From an uncultured bacterium (GTDB lineage: Bacteria > UBP14 > UBA6098 > B30-G16), in assembly GCA_965552135.1 (NCBI GenBank), contig CBEVQY010000007.1:1-64000 (forward strand): a DNA stretch of 64,000 bases. The letters are read 5' to 3'. Numbering within the stretch: the stretch's first letter is position 1; the number at the start of each line of letters is the position of its first letter. Below are positions 51,289-60,499 of the stretch, piece after piece. The translations under genes and the position numbers were made by a program. The notes beneath the pieces are model-generated. The model had not been told where the DNA came from. It saw only the letters and a list, made by a program, of their open reading frames with translations, and did no database searches.

Positions 51289-53040
51289 TCAGCCTACCTC
51301 CTCAAGCTCGCTTTGTATCTGCTGCATGACGTAGAGCTCGTGGTAGAATCCCTTTTGTTCGAGGAGCTTTTCGTGCGTTCCCATCTCGATCACCGTTCCC
51401 CCGTCGAGGACGATTATCCTGTCGGTTTCCTGCAGCGCCGAGACCCTGTGGGAGACTATTATCGTTGTCTTTCCGCGCCTCGTCTCGAGGAGGTTCGAGA
51501 GGATGGCCTCCTCCGTCTCCGTGTCGACTGCGGAGAGGGCGTCGTCGAGGATGAGGATGGGGGGATCAAGAAGCAGAGCTCTGGCTATGGCGAGCCTCTG
51601 CTTTTGACCGCCCGAAAGCATAACCCCCCGCTCGCCGACGACGGTGTCGTACCCTTTGGGGAAGCCTGAGACGTCCTTGTGGAACTGCGCAAGCTTCGAC
51701 GCCATTATCGCCTCCTCGTCCGAGGCGTCGGGACGACCGAACTTTATGTTCTCCATAACCGTTGCGGAGAAGAGAAACGAGTCCTGGGGGACGTATCCTA
51801 TGGCGGAGCGCAGACAGGAAAGCTTTATCCGTTTCACGTCATATCCGTCGACGAACACGGTTCCCTCCGGCGGGTCGAACAGGCGCATCAAAAGCAAAAG
51901 GAGGGTCGTTTTGCCCGAGCCCGTCTTGCCCGTTATCCCAACGAACTCCCCCGCCTCCACCCTGAACGAGACGTCCCGAAGCGCGGGCGGAAGGTTGGGC
52001 TTGTAGCGGAAGGTCAGGTTCCTGAACTCGATCTTGCCCCTCACCCTCTCAAGCCTGACGGCGTCTGGGGCGTCTGTTATTTCGGGCTTTTCGTCGAAGA
52101 CCCGCATTATGCGCGCAAGCGAAGCCTTTCCGCGCTGGTAGAGGTTTATGATCCAGCCTGCGGCGATCATGGGCCATATTATAAGCCCCAGGTAGCTGTT
52201 GAAGGCGACGAAGTCGCCCATGCTCATTCTCATTAAGATGACCTTCCTTCCGCCCACGAGGAGGATTATCGCGAAGGCGATCCCCACAACAAGCCCCACA
52301 AAAGGCTCGAAGAGCCCGCCTATGAGGATCATCCTTATGTTTTTGTTGACGTAGTCGGAGCTTATGCTCGAGAACCGCTTCGTCGTTGCTCCCTCGCGAA
52401 CGTAGCTTTTTATAACCCTTATGCCCGAGATGACCTCTCTGACGTAATCGGTCATTGCCGCGAATGCCTCCTGCACCTTCTCGAAGCGCCGCGAAAGTAT
52501 CCGTCCGAAGTGCGCCACTATGATCGAGAGCACAGGAAGCGGCAGGAGGACGAAAAGCGTAAGCGAAGGATTTATGGCAAACATCATCCCGACCGATGCG
52601 ACTATGAGGAAGGCTGCGTCGATGAGGGCTACCACGCCTATCCCCGCCATCATCCTTACGGCTTCGAGGTCGTTTGTCGCAAGCGCCATCAGGTCTCCGA
52701 CCTTGTGCTCGACGAACCACGCCGGCGAAAGCCCCAGAAGGTGGGTGTAGAACGAGCGCCTCAGGTTCCTCTCCATCCTGCGGGATATCCCTATCATGCA
52801 GTACCGCCACACGAACCTCAGAGCGACGATTGCCAGCGAGAGCGCGGCTATTGCGGCGGAGATCTCCAGAAGCAGAGCCGGCGTTGCGCGCCCGAACGAG
52901 AGGGCATCGATGCCGCGCTTCACAAGCCGCGGTATCAAAAGCTGAAAGACGTCAACAACCACCAGGGCGGCTATGCCACCCCAAAAATAGCGCGCGTTGC
53001 CGGAAAGGTAGGGCTTAAGTTTCCTGTAAACCCAGAGCAT
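51289..53040 (-). CDS. ABC transporter fused permease/ATPase (MdlA-like)
   Basis: GDLMALATNDL, GKTGSGKT, LSGGQKQR, ILDDALSAVD, SHR. Confidence 0.95.
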   Translation of the reverse strand: MLWVYRKLKPYLSGNARYFWGGIAALVVVDVFQLLIPRLVKRGIDALSFGRATPALLLEISAAIAALSLAIVALRFVWRYCMIGISRRMERNLRRSFYTHLLGLSPAWFVEHKVGDLMALATNDLEAVRMMAGIGVVALIDAAFLIVASVGMMFAINPSLTLFVLLPLPVLSIIVAHFGRILSRRFEKVQEAFAAMTDYVREVISGIRVIKSYVREGATTKRFSSISSDYVNKNIRMILIGGLFEPFVGLVVGIAFAIILLVGGRKVILMRMSMGDFVAFNSYLGLIIWPMIAAGWIINLYQRGKASLARIMRVFDEKPEITDAPDAVRLERVRGKIEFRNLTFRYKPNLPPALRDVSFRVEAGEFVGITGKTGSGKTTLLLLLMRLFDPPEGTVFVDGYDVKRIKLSCLRSAIGYVPQDSFLFSATVMENIKFGRPDASDEEAIMASKLAQFHKDVSGFPKGYDTVVGERGVMLSGGQKQRLAIARALLLDPPILILDDALSAVDTETEEAILSNLLETRRGKTTIIVSHRVSALQETDRIIVLDGGTVIEMGTHEKLLEQKGFYHELYVMQQIQSELEEVG

Positions 53041-53091
53041 CGAAGAAAACTAATAAGCACCGCCTCCTGCGCGGGCAAGGGAAATAAAACC

Positions 53092-54654
53092 TCAGGAGCT
53101 TGTGAGAACGACAACGGGGATCACCATCTCCTCCACCGATATCCCGCCGTGGAGGATGGAGTTTTTGTACTGCCGCTCGTACTCGCTGAAGTTAGTGGGG
53201 TAGATCAAGTAGTAGTCTTCCTTTGCGATGACATAATTCGTCGTCACGCCGAAGGACGGGAGCTTCCACTTGGCGGGGTCCTTTATGAGGATTCCGCCCT
53301 TTGGGTCGACGTTTAGGTTGTCGCCGTACTTGTACCGCAGGCTGGGGGATGTGTCCCTCTTCCCGAACACCTTTACGCCCCTGCGACCTATGGTGCTTCC
53401 GTGGTCGGTTGTGAGGACTATGACGAGGTCTTCGTTTCCCTTTGCCTGGACGAGCGCTTCGTAGAGCGCCGACTGCACGAACCAGGTCTTCATCACCGCG
53501 CGGTAGCCGCTCTCGTCGGGAGATATCTCCTTCAGAAGGTCGGAGGCTGCGCGTGAGTGCGCGAGGATGTCGAGGAAGTTCACGACGACGGCGGAAAGCG
53601 GAGCTGAGATGTATCGGTTTAGACGCCTGACCAGGCTCTCGCCCTCCTCAGGGTCGAGTATCTTTATGTATTTTGTGTCGCCGTCGAGGGTTATCCCGAG
53701 CCTGTCGAGCTGACGGTCCATAAGCTCGTGCTCGTAACGGTTGTGGGAGCTTGGGTCCGCCTGACCCCTCGACCATATCTTGGGATACGCCCTCTGGAGC
53801 TCGGCGGGGAAGAGCCCGGAAAAAAGCGCGTTTCGGGCATAAGGCGTTGCCGAGGGCAGGATGGAGAAGTAAAGCTTCGTCTGGAGCCTGTAGTGCTCGG
53901 CGAGAATGGGCTCCACGACAAGCCACTGGTCGTAGCGCATGCAGTCTATTACGACGAACATCACCCTCTTCCCCTCCCTGAGGGGCGGGACGACGAAGCG
54001 CTGGAATATGTCCACGGAAAGCATCGGTCGTTCCGCAGGCTCCGACCAGATCCAGCTTGTGTAGTTTGAGATTACGTATTTGGAGAACTCGGCGTTTACC
54101 TCGCGCCTGAATGTTCTGTGCATATCGGTTAGGGCAAGGTCCGGGCGCTCGTCGAGGATGACGTCCCATTCGGCAAGCCACCTGCCTATCCTGAGCCAGT
54201 CGTCGGGGGAAGCCTGGGGCGAGAGAAGCTCGTACATCTCGCGGTATTCCTCGGTGTAGTCCCTCGTTAGGCGCTCGCCAACTATCCGCTCTGCCTCGAG
54301 AATCTTCTTAAGCGAAGTCAAAATCTGAAGCGGGTTTACGGGCTTTACTATGTAGTCGGCTATCTGCTGACCTATAGCCTCCTCCATTATCCTCTCCTCT
54401 TCGCTTTTCGTCACCATAACGATCGGGATGTTCTTGTCCACCTTCCTTATCTCCTCGATCGCGGTGAGACCGTCCATCCCTGGCATCATCTCGTCGAGGA
54501 GGACGACGTCGGGATGGGACATCTTTATCATGTCGATTCCCGCTGGTGCGCTTGAGGCAACCAGAACCTTGTACCCCCGCTTCTCCAAAAACTTTATGTG
54601 CGAGCGAAGCTGATCTATCTCGTCGTCTATCCACAAAACCTTCTTCTCCGACAT
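53092..54654 (-). CDS. porX: PorX-type response regulator with PglZ/alkaline-phosphatase domain
   Basis: LWIDDEID, DEMMPG, TKSEEE.IMEEAIG, IDCMRYDQW, SILPSATPYARNALFSG, TTDHG, RYK.G.NL, HGGISVEEM. Confidence 0.9.
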   Translation of the reverse strand: MSEKKVLWIDDEIDQLRSHIKFLEKRGYKVLVASSAPAGIDMIKMSHPDVVLLDEMMPGMDGLTAIEEIRKVDKNIPIVMVTKSEEERIMEEAIGQQIADYIVKPVNPLQILTSLKKILEAERIVGERLTRDYTEEYREMYELLSPQASPDDWLRIGRWLAEWDVILDERPDLALTDMHRTFRREVNAEFSKYVISNYTSWIWSEPAERPMLSVDIFQRFVVPPLREGKRVMFVVIDCMRYDQWLVVEPILAEHYRLQTKLYFSILPSATPYARNALFSGLFPAELQRAYPKIWSRGQADPSSHNRYEHELMDRQLDRLGITLDGDTKYIKILDPEEGESLVRRLNRYISAPLSAVVVNFLDILAHSRAASDLLKEISPDESGYRAVMKTWFVQSALYEALVQAKGNEDLVIVLTTDHGSTIGRRGVKVFGKRDTSPSLRYKYGDNLNVDPKGGILIKDPAKWKLPSFGVTTNYVIAKEDYYLIYPTNFSEYERQYKNSILHGGISVEEMVIPVVVLTSS

Positions 54655-54756
54655 CTTACACCTCCACCTTTCGTCTTTCGAGGGAGAAGGCAACCACGCT
54701 CAAGGCGGGTGCGCCCTGAGGCAGGTTTAGCAGTTTGGTCATAGACTGCAACAAAA

Positions 54757-54785
54757 ATTATACGCAGGCAGTTTCGTCTTCGCAA
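54757..54785 (-). promoter_or_regulatory. sigma70-like promoter of porX
   Basis: - strand TTGCGA-N17-TATAAT. Confidence 0.65.
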
Positions 54786-54887
54786 GCGTTTTTCCTCAGG
54801 CGATGCGCCCAAGCGTTTGTTTTCCGCCGCCCGCGGGATGTCGCGGCGCTATTTGCGCCTTATGAGGCGAATTTCGTAGCAGAAAAT

Positions 54888-54915
54888 TTGATTCTCGCAG
54901 CTTGTTCGATATAAA
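54888..54915 (+). promoter_or_regulatory. Possible sigma70-like promoter of the capsid cluster
   Basis: TTGATT-N16-TATAAA upstream of AAGGAGG. Confidence 0.4.
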
Positions 54916-54941
54916 TCGAGGCGGAAGGAGGAAGGTGCTTG

Positions 54942-55295
54942 ATGGAGAAGAAGATGAGAAAACCCTTTGAGCCTTACAGTCCCGATGAGCGTCGTCGCGC
55001 CTTGGATGAGCTATTATCGAGCGCTAAGGGCGGCAAGCCCGCCTTCTGCTCCGTGGCTCGCAGGACTGGGATATCGGTCTCCACGCTTAAGCGTTGGTGG
55101 ATAAACCATCAGCTTGAGCGGCAGAGGGAGCTTAGGGCTCAGTTCGAGGGTGCGATAGCAGCTATCCTCCACAGGATGCAAAAGCTCGCGCAGCAGACGA
55201 ACAACCTCAAGGAGCTTGCGCCCGTGGTGAAGATGCTCTCCGAGCTTTTGCAGAGGTTCGAGGGCGAGTCGGAGGGCGAGGAAATATGGGGTTAG
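54942..55295 (+). CDS. HTH protein, probable terminase small subunit
   Basis: HTH SVARRTGISVSTLKRWW followed by amphipathic helices; located upstream of terL. Confidence 0.6.
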   Translation: MEKKMRKPFEPYSPDERRRALDELLSSAKGGKPAFCSVARRTGISVSTLKRWWINHQLERQRELRAQFEGAIAAILHRMQKLAQQTNNLKELAPVVKMLSELLQRFEGESEGEEIWG

Positions 55296-55450
55296 CCGTC
55301 TTCGTCCTCCTTTTCGCCCTCGTCCCTTTCGCTTTCCTCCTGCGGCGCAACCCTTAGGATACCGCGCTGCATGCGCTCGAAAAGCTCCTTGAGCCTGTAG
55401 CCCCTGTTGCGCGGAAGCCTCCTTCTGTGTAGCGGATCGAACCCAGGCAT
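55292..55450 (-). CDS. 52-aa antisense microprotein (not in ORF track)
   Basis: MPGFDPLHRRRLPRNRGYRLKELFERMQRGILRVAPQEESERDEGEKEDEDG*; stop overlaps the terS stop; promoter directly upstream. Confidence 0.6.
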   Translation of the reverse strand: MPGFDPLHRRRLPRNRGYRLKELFERMQRGILRVAPQEESERDEGEKEDEDG

Positions 55451-55456
55451 CACAAA

Positions 55457-55485
55457 ACAATAACGGTTTTATTGCGCTATGTCAA
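55457..55485 (-). promoter_or_regulatory. Leaderless sigma70 promoter overlapping the terL start codon
   Basis: - strand TTGACA-N17-TATTGT-N6-ATG. Confidence 0.7.
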
Positions 55486-56717
55486 TAGTTCTTTCGCCCA
55501 AACAGAGGGAGTTTGTTTTTCTTCGCAGCCGCTACAGCGCCTTCATAGGCGGCGTTCGCAGCGGCAAGAGCTTTGCGGGCACCGTGAGGGGTATAATCCT
55601 CGCCCGCAGGAGGCGGAGCGTTGGCGCTGTTGTGGCGCCAACGTACACAATGCTGCGCGACGTGCTTTTGCCGCTGTGGCAAAGGCTTCTGCCCGCAAGG
55701 TTTGTCAGGAAGTTCTCGCATTCGCAGATGAAGCTTTGGCTTACAAACGGCTCGGTGGTCCTCTTCAGGTCGGCTGAGAACCCAGAGAGGCTCTACGGTC
55801 TCACGCTCGACTGGTTCCACATCGACGAGGCTGCCACGCTTCCGCGGCGCGTGTGGGATGTGATGTTCTCGCGCACCGTATCGACCAAGGGTTTTGGCTT
55901 CATAACGACGACGCCCAACGGTCACAACTGGGTTTACGAGCTTGTAACGAGCGGCGAGGTTGCCGCTGTTTTCGCGAAGACGCTCGACAATCCGCTCGTC
56001 GATCCTGCTGAGGTCGAGCGCGCCCGCAGAATGCTTTGCCCAAAGTTTTTCAGACAGCAGTACGAAGCATCGTTCGAAGCCTACCTCGGGCAGGTCTACG
56101 ACGACTTCGGGGAGCGGAACATCGCTCCTTATACCCCCACATCCGACCTGCCCACATATATCTGCGCCGACTTCGGGTGGCGCCACCCAACGGCACTCCT
56201 GTGGGCGCAGGTGGACGAGCGCGGGAACATATACTTCTTCGACGAGGTCGTGGAGCCCTTCCTTTCGCCCGAGCTTATAGCGCGACTGCTTTGGGGCGAT
56301 GCGGTTAGACTGCCATCGGGGAAGGTTTTCAGGGCTAAGGTCCCGTGGTCGGAGGTCGCGGAGCTTGTGACGGGAGTCGAGGCGCTCCAGTCGCGGCAGG
56401 AGTCGAGCGGAATGGCGATAGTCGATATCCTGCGCGGGCTCGGGATAGATCGAATAAGGGTTGTGGGCGGAAGCGTTCTGCGCGGGATATTCGCCGTAAG
56501 GGGGAGGGTGCTCGATGCCGCGGGCGAACCGCATCTGTTCGTCGACCCGCGCTGCGAAAGGCTCATTCGCGACTTCCGCGGATACCACTACCCCGAAGGC
56601 GCAGAGGGCGCAGCCTCAGAACTCCCGCTCAAAGACGGCGTCCACGACCACACAATGGACGCAGTCAGGTACCTTGTGACCGCGCTCGAAAACGCCACGC
56701 CCAAATGGCTTATTTAG
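55479..56717 (+). CDS. Terminase large subunit
   Basis: LSPKQ adenine-binding motif, GGVRSGKS Walker A, FHIDEAA Walker B, TTTPNG, ADFGW nuclease, DHTMDAVRY. Confidence 0.95.
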   Translation: MSIVLSPKQREFVFLRSRYSAFIGGVRSGKSFAGTVRGIILARRRRSVGAVVAPTYTMLRDVLLPLWQRLLPARFVRKFSHSQMKLWLTNGSVVLFRSAENPERLYGLTLDWFHIDEAATLPRRVWDVMFSRTVSTKGFGFITTTPNGHNWVYELVTSGEVAAVFAKTLDNPLVDPAEVERARRMLCPKFFRQQYEASFEAYLGQVYDDFGERNIAPYTPTSDLPTYICADFGWRHPTALLWAQVDERGNIYFFDEVVEPFLSPELIARLLWGDAVRLPSGKVFRAKVPWSEVAELVTGVEALQSRQESSGMAIVDILRGLGIDRIRVVGGSVLRGIFAVRGRVLDAAGEPHLFVDPRCERLIRDFRGYHYPEGAEGAASELPLKDGVHDHTMDAVRYLVTALENATPKWLI

Positions 56718-56732
56718 CAAAAGGAGGGTGAT

Positions 56733-58142
56733 ATGACCCCTGTTGAGCAGGCGATAAGGGAGCTTTTTCTTGCGTCTCGGCGCGCGGCAGCCGAAGGATA
56801 TAAAAGGGATATCGAAAAGCGCCTCGATTACTATAACGACAGACAGCTCCCCTACCTTCTGGAGCTTATTTCGCAGCAGTTCGTCCACGCCGACCCGCTT
56901 TCGGTTCAACCACACTTTTTCAATATAGTCAAGCCGATAATAAACGAGATATCGATGGTTTATCGTTCGGGAGCCCGCAGGACGCTTGTTCGCGATGGCG
57001 GCGGCGACGTAGACGAGGCGGTTGTGGCGGTGTGGGAGTTCATACAGCGCACATCAAGCTACGACATGATTATGAAAACCGTCAACCGGATGGTCAACCT
57101 GTGCAAGACCGTCCTCGTCAAGCCTTCGTTCCGCGCGGGAGGGATAAAGCTCGATATACTTACGCCAAATCTCGTCGACGTCGTTGTAGATGAGGACGAC
57201 CCCACAGAAGCCGTCGGGATCGCATATATTCGCCCCCTCCAAAACGGCATCTCGGGACCGCGCGTTGTGTATCACTACTGGGACAGTGAAAGGTACCTGC
57301 GGATATCTCCCACCGGCGAAATCCTTGACAATCCCGGCAATCCTGAGGGGATAAACCCTTATGGGGTTCTTCCGTTCGTTCGCTTCTGCAGCCAGGTTCC
57401 GCTCGACGACTTCTTCGTCAAGGGCGGGGACGACCTCATAGTCGCTCAGGACAACATAAATATAAAACTTACGCAGCTCAACTATATAGTCAAGATGCAG
57501 AGTTTCTCCGTTCCCGTTTTGGTCGGCTACACGGGCAGCGAGAGGATAGTCGTTTCGCCCGGCAAGCCTGTGGTTGTTCCGCTCGGAAGCGTTGGGATGC
57601 AGGGTGCCCCCGACTTCCGCTTCGAGACGCCGCATCCGCAGATAGCAGAGCTTATAAAGCTCCTCGAGCACGAGATAATCCGAATCTTCCGCGCATACGG
57701 CATAGGCAGCGCCGACTTCTCCCTCCAGGGCGAGGTCAAGTCCGGGTTTGCCTTGGTTATGGAGAACCTCAAGCTTTTGGAGTCGCGGGAAAACGAGCTC
57801 CCCTTCTACGAGGACGCGGAGGAGAAGCTCTTTGAGGTGATAAAGCGCGTTTGGAACTACCACTGCCGCTTCCTGCCGCCGGGGCATCCGCACAGGGGGG
57901 TCATAATCCCCGAGGACGTCCACCTTCAGGTCTCGGTGAACGACATATCGCTGCCCAAGCCAACAGCCGAGGAGGTCGCCGAGTGGAGGTTTATGTTCGA
58001 GCACAAGCTCGCAACACCCATCGACTTCCTGATGAGGAGGTATAAGCTCTCCGAGCAGGAGGCGCAGAGCCGCTGGGAGCGCGTGAGGAGGTGGTGGAGC
58101 GAGTTTGCAGGCGAAGGAGAACAAGAAGGAGGTGAGATATGA
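56733..58142 (+). CDS. Phage portal protein
   Basis: 469 aa directly after terL; DYY, NPYGVLPFV, QDNIN..LT, SGFAL (SPP1-like portal motifs). Confidence 0.85.
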   Translation: MTPVEQAIRELFLASRRAAAEGYKRDIEKRLDYYNDRQLPYLLELISQQFVHADPLSVQPHFFNIVKPIINEISMVYRSGARRTLVRDGGGDVDEAVVAVWEFIQRTSSYDMIMKTVNRMVNLCKTVLVKPSFRAGGIKLDILTPNLVDVVVDEDDPTEAVGIAYIRPLQNGISGPRVVYHYWDSERYLRISPTGEILDNPGNPEGINPYGVLPFVRFCSQVPLDDFFVKGGDDLIVAQDNINIKLTQLNYIVKMQSFSVPVLVGYTGSERIVVSPGKPVVVPLGSVGMQGAPDFRFETPHPQIAELIKLLEHEIIRIFRAYGIGSADFSLQGEVKSGFALVMENLKLLESRENELPFYEDAEEKLFEVIKRVWNYHCRFLPPGHPHRGVIIPEDVHLQVSVNDISLPKPTAEEVAEWRFMFEHKLATPIDFLMRRYKLSEQEAQSRWERVRRWWSEFAGEGEQEGGEI

Positions 58143-58537
58143 CAGACCCTAAGGTCGACGCCTCAGGCGAGCCTTCGGGGGGCGCCCCCGGGGGTGAGGT
58201 AAGCGTCGATGAGCTTTTGCGGCGCCTTGAGGAGGCGCAGAGGCTCCTTATATCCGAGCGCAATAGGCGCGCGTTCGAGCGCGCGGCGGCGAAGGCGGGA
58301 ATTCGAAGCGACAGGGTCGACGCGGCGGCAAAGCTCGCCCAGATCGACTCCATCGCCGAGGAGCTCGATCAGAACAGGGCTTTTGAGCTTGCCAGGCGCA
58401 TCGCAGCCGAGTACCCCGAGTTCGTCGAGGGCGCATCGCCACTCTCTACCGACCAAGGTGCGCCATCGGGGGCGAAGAGCCGCGCCAAGGCGGCAGGCGA
58501 TGCGCTCGAAATGCTCAAGCTGCTGAGAAGAGGCTAA
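58139..58537 (+). CDS. Capsid scaffolding protein (probable)
   Basis: Helical 132 aa between portal and MCP; AAAKAGI, EYPEF then low-complexity tail. Confidence 0.65.
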   Translation: MTDPKVDASGEPSGGAPGGEVSVDELLRRLEEAQRLLISERNRRAFERAAAKAGIRSDRVDAAAKLAQIDSIAEELDQNRAFELARRIAAEYPEFVEGASPLSTDQGAPSGAKSRAKAAGDALEMLKLLRRG

Positions 58538-58552
58538 AACAAAGGAGGTGCC

Positions 58553-59677
58553 ATGTTAACGACGTATTCGTTTCAGAACCTCAGGAGGGATCTTTCGGAG
58601 GTTTTCGCCACCATCGTTGCGAGCTCGCCGACGTTCATAAGCAGGATTCCGATAGTCGGCGCCGCACGCCACTACAAGCACGAGTGGGTCGAGGACGTTG
58701 TGCAGCCGACCACCGACTCCCTAAACGGCGCGATCGACAACACACAAACCACCATAACGGTCTCCGACGGAACGAAGTTTAAGGCTGGGATGATCCTGGG
58801 CTTCGAGGGCTACGACGAGCAGATGAAGGTGGTCTTAGTTTCGGGCAACGACCTTACGGTTGAGCGAGGCTACGGCGAGACGACGCCCGAGGCGATGGCG
58901 GACGGCACGACGGTGAGGATCCTCTACATCCCAGCCGCGGAGGGCAGCGAGGCCGGCGACGACGCGTGGCAGGAGCCAGGGATAGAGTACAACTACACCC
59001 AGATATTCACCCGAACGGTGCGCGTTTCGAACACCGCCCGAAGCTCGCAGCACTTAATCTTCGAGGACCTCATCGACAGGGGCGTCAGGGACGCGCTTCT
59101 GCAGATACAGATGGAGCTCAACTACGCCGCCATCTTCGGCAGGCGCTACGCCGACCCGTCCGATCCGTCGGTCCCAAGGACGATGGGCGGGGTGATGTAC
59201 TTCGTCGACGTTGCCGGCGGGAACGTCCACGACGCCGGCGGAAGCGAGCTTACCCCAACGATGATGAACGACCTGCTGGAGCAGATCGCCAAGCGCGGCG
59301 GGCAGCCGAACATGATCCTCTGCGGGACGAAGCAAGCAAGGAAGATATCGTCGTTCAACCTCACCTCGGGCTCGGCGCCCATCGTCCGCACGAGGGTGAC
59401 CGACACAAGGACCGGCGCAGCGGTCTACGAGTTCGTCGGTGACCTGCCCCTTGGGATAATCGAGACGATCGTCGTCGACTTCAACTTCCCCGACGACAAG
59501 CTCATGTTCCTCGACACGCGCAGACTCGCCCTCGTTCCGATGGAGAACCGCGCCCTCTCCGACTTCGACGCAACGCCCACCGGCGCCGACTTCACCGCAA
59601 GGAGGGTGCTTGGCGAATACACCCTCGAGGTCAGAAACGCCAAGCAGGCGCACGGGATAATCAAGAACTTGGCGTAA
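58553..59677 (+). CDS. Major capsid protein (DUF5309/SU10-like, HK97 fold)
   Basis: DLS, HEWVED, NYTQIF..V.VS.TA, RTMGG, GEYTLEVRN..AHG; strong RBS AAGGAGGTG. Confidence 0.88.
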   Translation: MLTTYSFQNLRRDLSEVFATIVASSPTFISRIPIVGAARHYKHEWVEDVVQPTTDSLNGAIDNTQTTITVSDGTKFKAGMILGFEGYDEQMKVVLVSGNDLTVERGYGETTPEAMADGTTVRILYIPAAEGSEAGDDAWQEPGIEYNYTQIFTRTVRVSNTARSSQHLIFEDLIDRGVRDALLQIQMELNYAAIFGRRYADPSDPSVPRTMGGVMYFVDVAGGNVHDAGGSELTPTMMNDLLEQIAKRGGQPNMILCGTKQARKISSFNLTSGSAPIVRTRVTDTRTGAAVYEFVGDLPLGIIETIVVDFNFPDDKLMFLDTRRLALVPMENRALSDFDATPTGADFTARRVLGEYTLEVRNAKQAHGIIKNLA

Positions 59678-59686
59678 GGCGGTTTC

Positions 59687-59711
59687 GGGCGGGGTCGAAA
59701 AGACCCCGCCC
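59687..59711 (+). other. Stable hairpin after the MCP gene
   Basis: GGGCGGGGTC-GAAAA-GACCCCGCCC with no U-tract. Confidence 0.7.
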
Positions 59712-59732
59712 CGGGCAAAAGGAGGTCAGCCT

Positions 59733-60098
59733 ATGTCTTGGGACGACGCCCTGCTCTTCACAACCGCAGACCTGCTGGCGAGGGAGGGAAAGCTCCTTGA
59801 GAACGTCGAGTTCCCAAACAGGCACGCGGTCGTCAAGGAGATCGTCGGAGAAAGGATTAAGGCGCGCTTCCCACACATCGACGACCCGCTCTCGGAGATA
59901 GTTGATCCTTCGGTCTTCTCCGAGGCGGCTTTGTGCCTGAACCTCGCCATCGTCCTGCGCGAAAACTCCACCCGAAAGGACGACCTCTTCTCGGTGAGGG
60001 CGGAGTTCTACCAGCGCAGGTTCGAGCAGGAGCTCGAGAGAGCCTTCAGCAAGGTCAGGTTCAGCACCGAAGAGACGGGCATAGAGATCGTGAGGTGA
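59733..60098 (+). CDS. Head-tail adaptor-like protein
   Basis: 121 aa, helical, after MCP; F.T.ADL N-terminus, Y..RF..EL C-terminal helix. Confidence 0.55.
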   Translation: MSWDDALLFTTADLLAREGKLLENVEFPNRHAVVKEIVGERIKARFPHIDDPLSEIVDPSVFSEAALCLNLAIVLRENSTRKDDLFSVRAEFYQRRFEQELERAFSKVRFSTEETGIEIVR

Positions 60099-60101
60099 GA
60101 T

Positions 60102-60488
60102 ATGGGAGTTTTGTGGGACGTTGTGGATGAGGTTCGTCGCAGGCTTTTGGACGATGTGGGGGTTTTGCGGGTCGTCGTTGGCGACGTCGACGTTCCGGCG
60201 TCTGCCCTGCCCGCGGGGAGGGTTGTGCTCGCCGCCTTCGTCGTCGACGGGGCAGCCGCGCTCCCCACGAGGATCGAGGCGACACTCGTCGTCGAGCTTG
60301 TCCTCCCAAGCGGTACTGGCGCCGAAGACCTGGCGAACACCGCAGAAAAGCTCGTTGAGGCGCTAAGGAGAGGAGGTTATCCCCACGGAACGCGGGTGAT
60401 CCAGAGGGGCAGGGCGACCATAAAGGATGGGGTTTACCCCACCGTTTCGCTTTTGCTCGACATCGCGTGGGCGGAGAGATACGAGTGA
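60102..60488 (+). CDS. Hypothetical protein, tail-terminator/neck-like
   Basis: 128 aa with helix-strands-helix-strands pattern; position in cluster; RBS GAGGTG. Confidence 0.45.
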   Translation: MGVLWDVVDEVRRRLLDDVGVLRVVVGDVDVPASALPAGRVVLAAFVVDGAAALPTRIEATLVVELVLPSGTGAEDLANTAEKLVEALRRGGYPHGTRVIQRGRATIKDGVYPTVSLLLDIAWAERYE

Positions 60489-60499
60489 AAGGAGGCACA

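Noticed and set aside
53092..54654. PglZ domain as part of a BREX defence system
   Set aside because: Fused to a receiver domain with PorX signatures; no brxC, pglX or brxL nearby
55014..55460. 148-aa - strand ORF from the track overlapping terS
   Set aside because: Its TTG start lies inside the -10 box and it overlaps terS extensively; the 52-aa frame fits the gap and promoter better
58553..59677. Encapsulin nanocompartment
   Set aside because: Accompanied by terminase, portal and scaffold, so it is a DNA-packaging head; no cargo enzyme adjacent
60096..60104. TGA readthrough fusing 59733-60098 with the in-frame 60102-60488
   Set aside because: The downstream gene has its own GAGGTG RBS and ATG; no SECIS-like or other readthrough signal recognised
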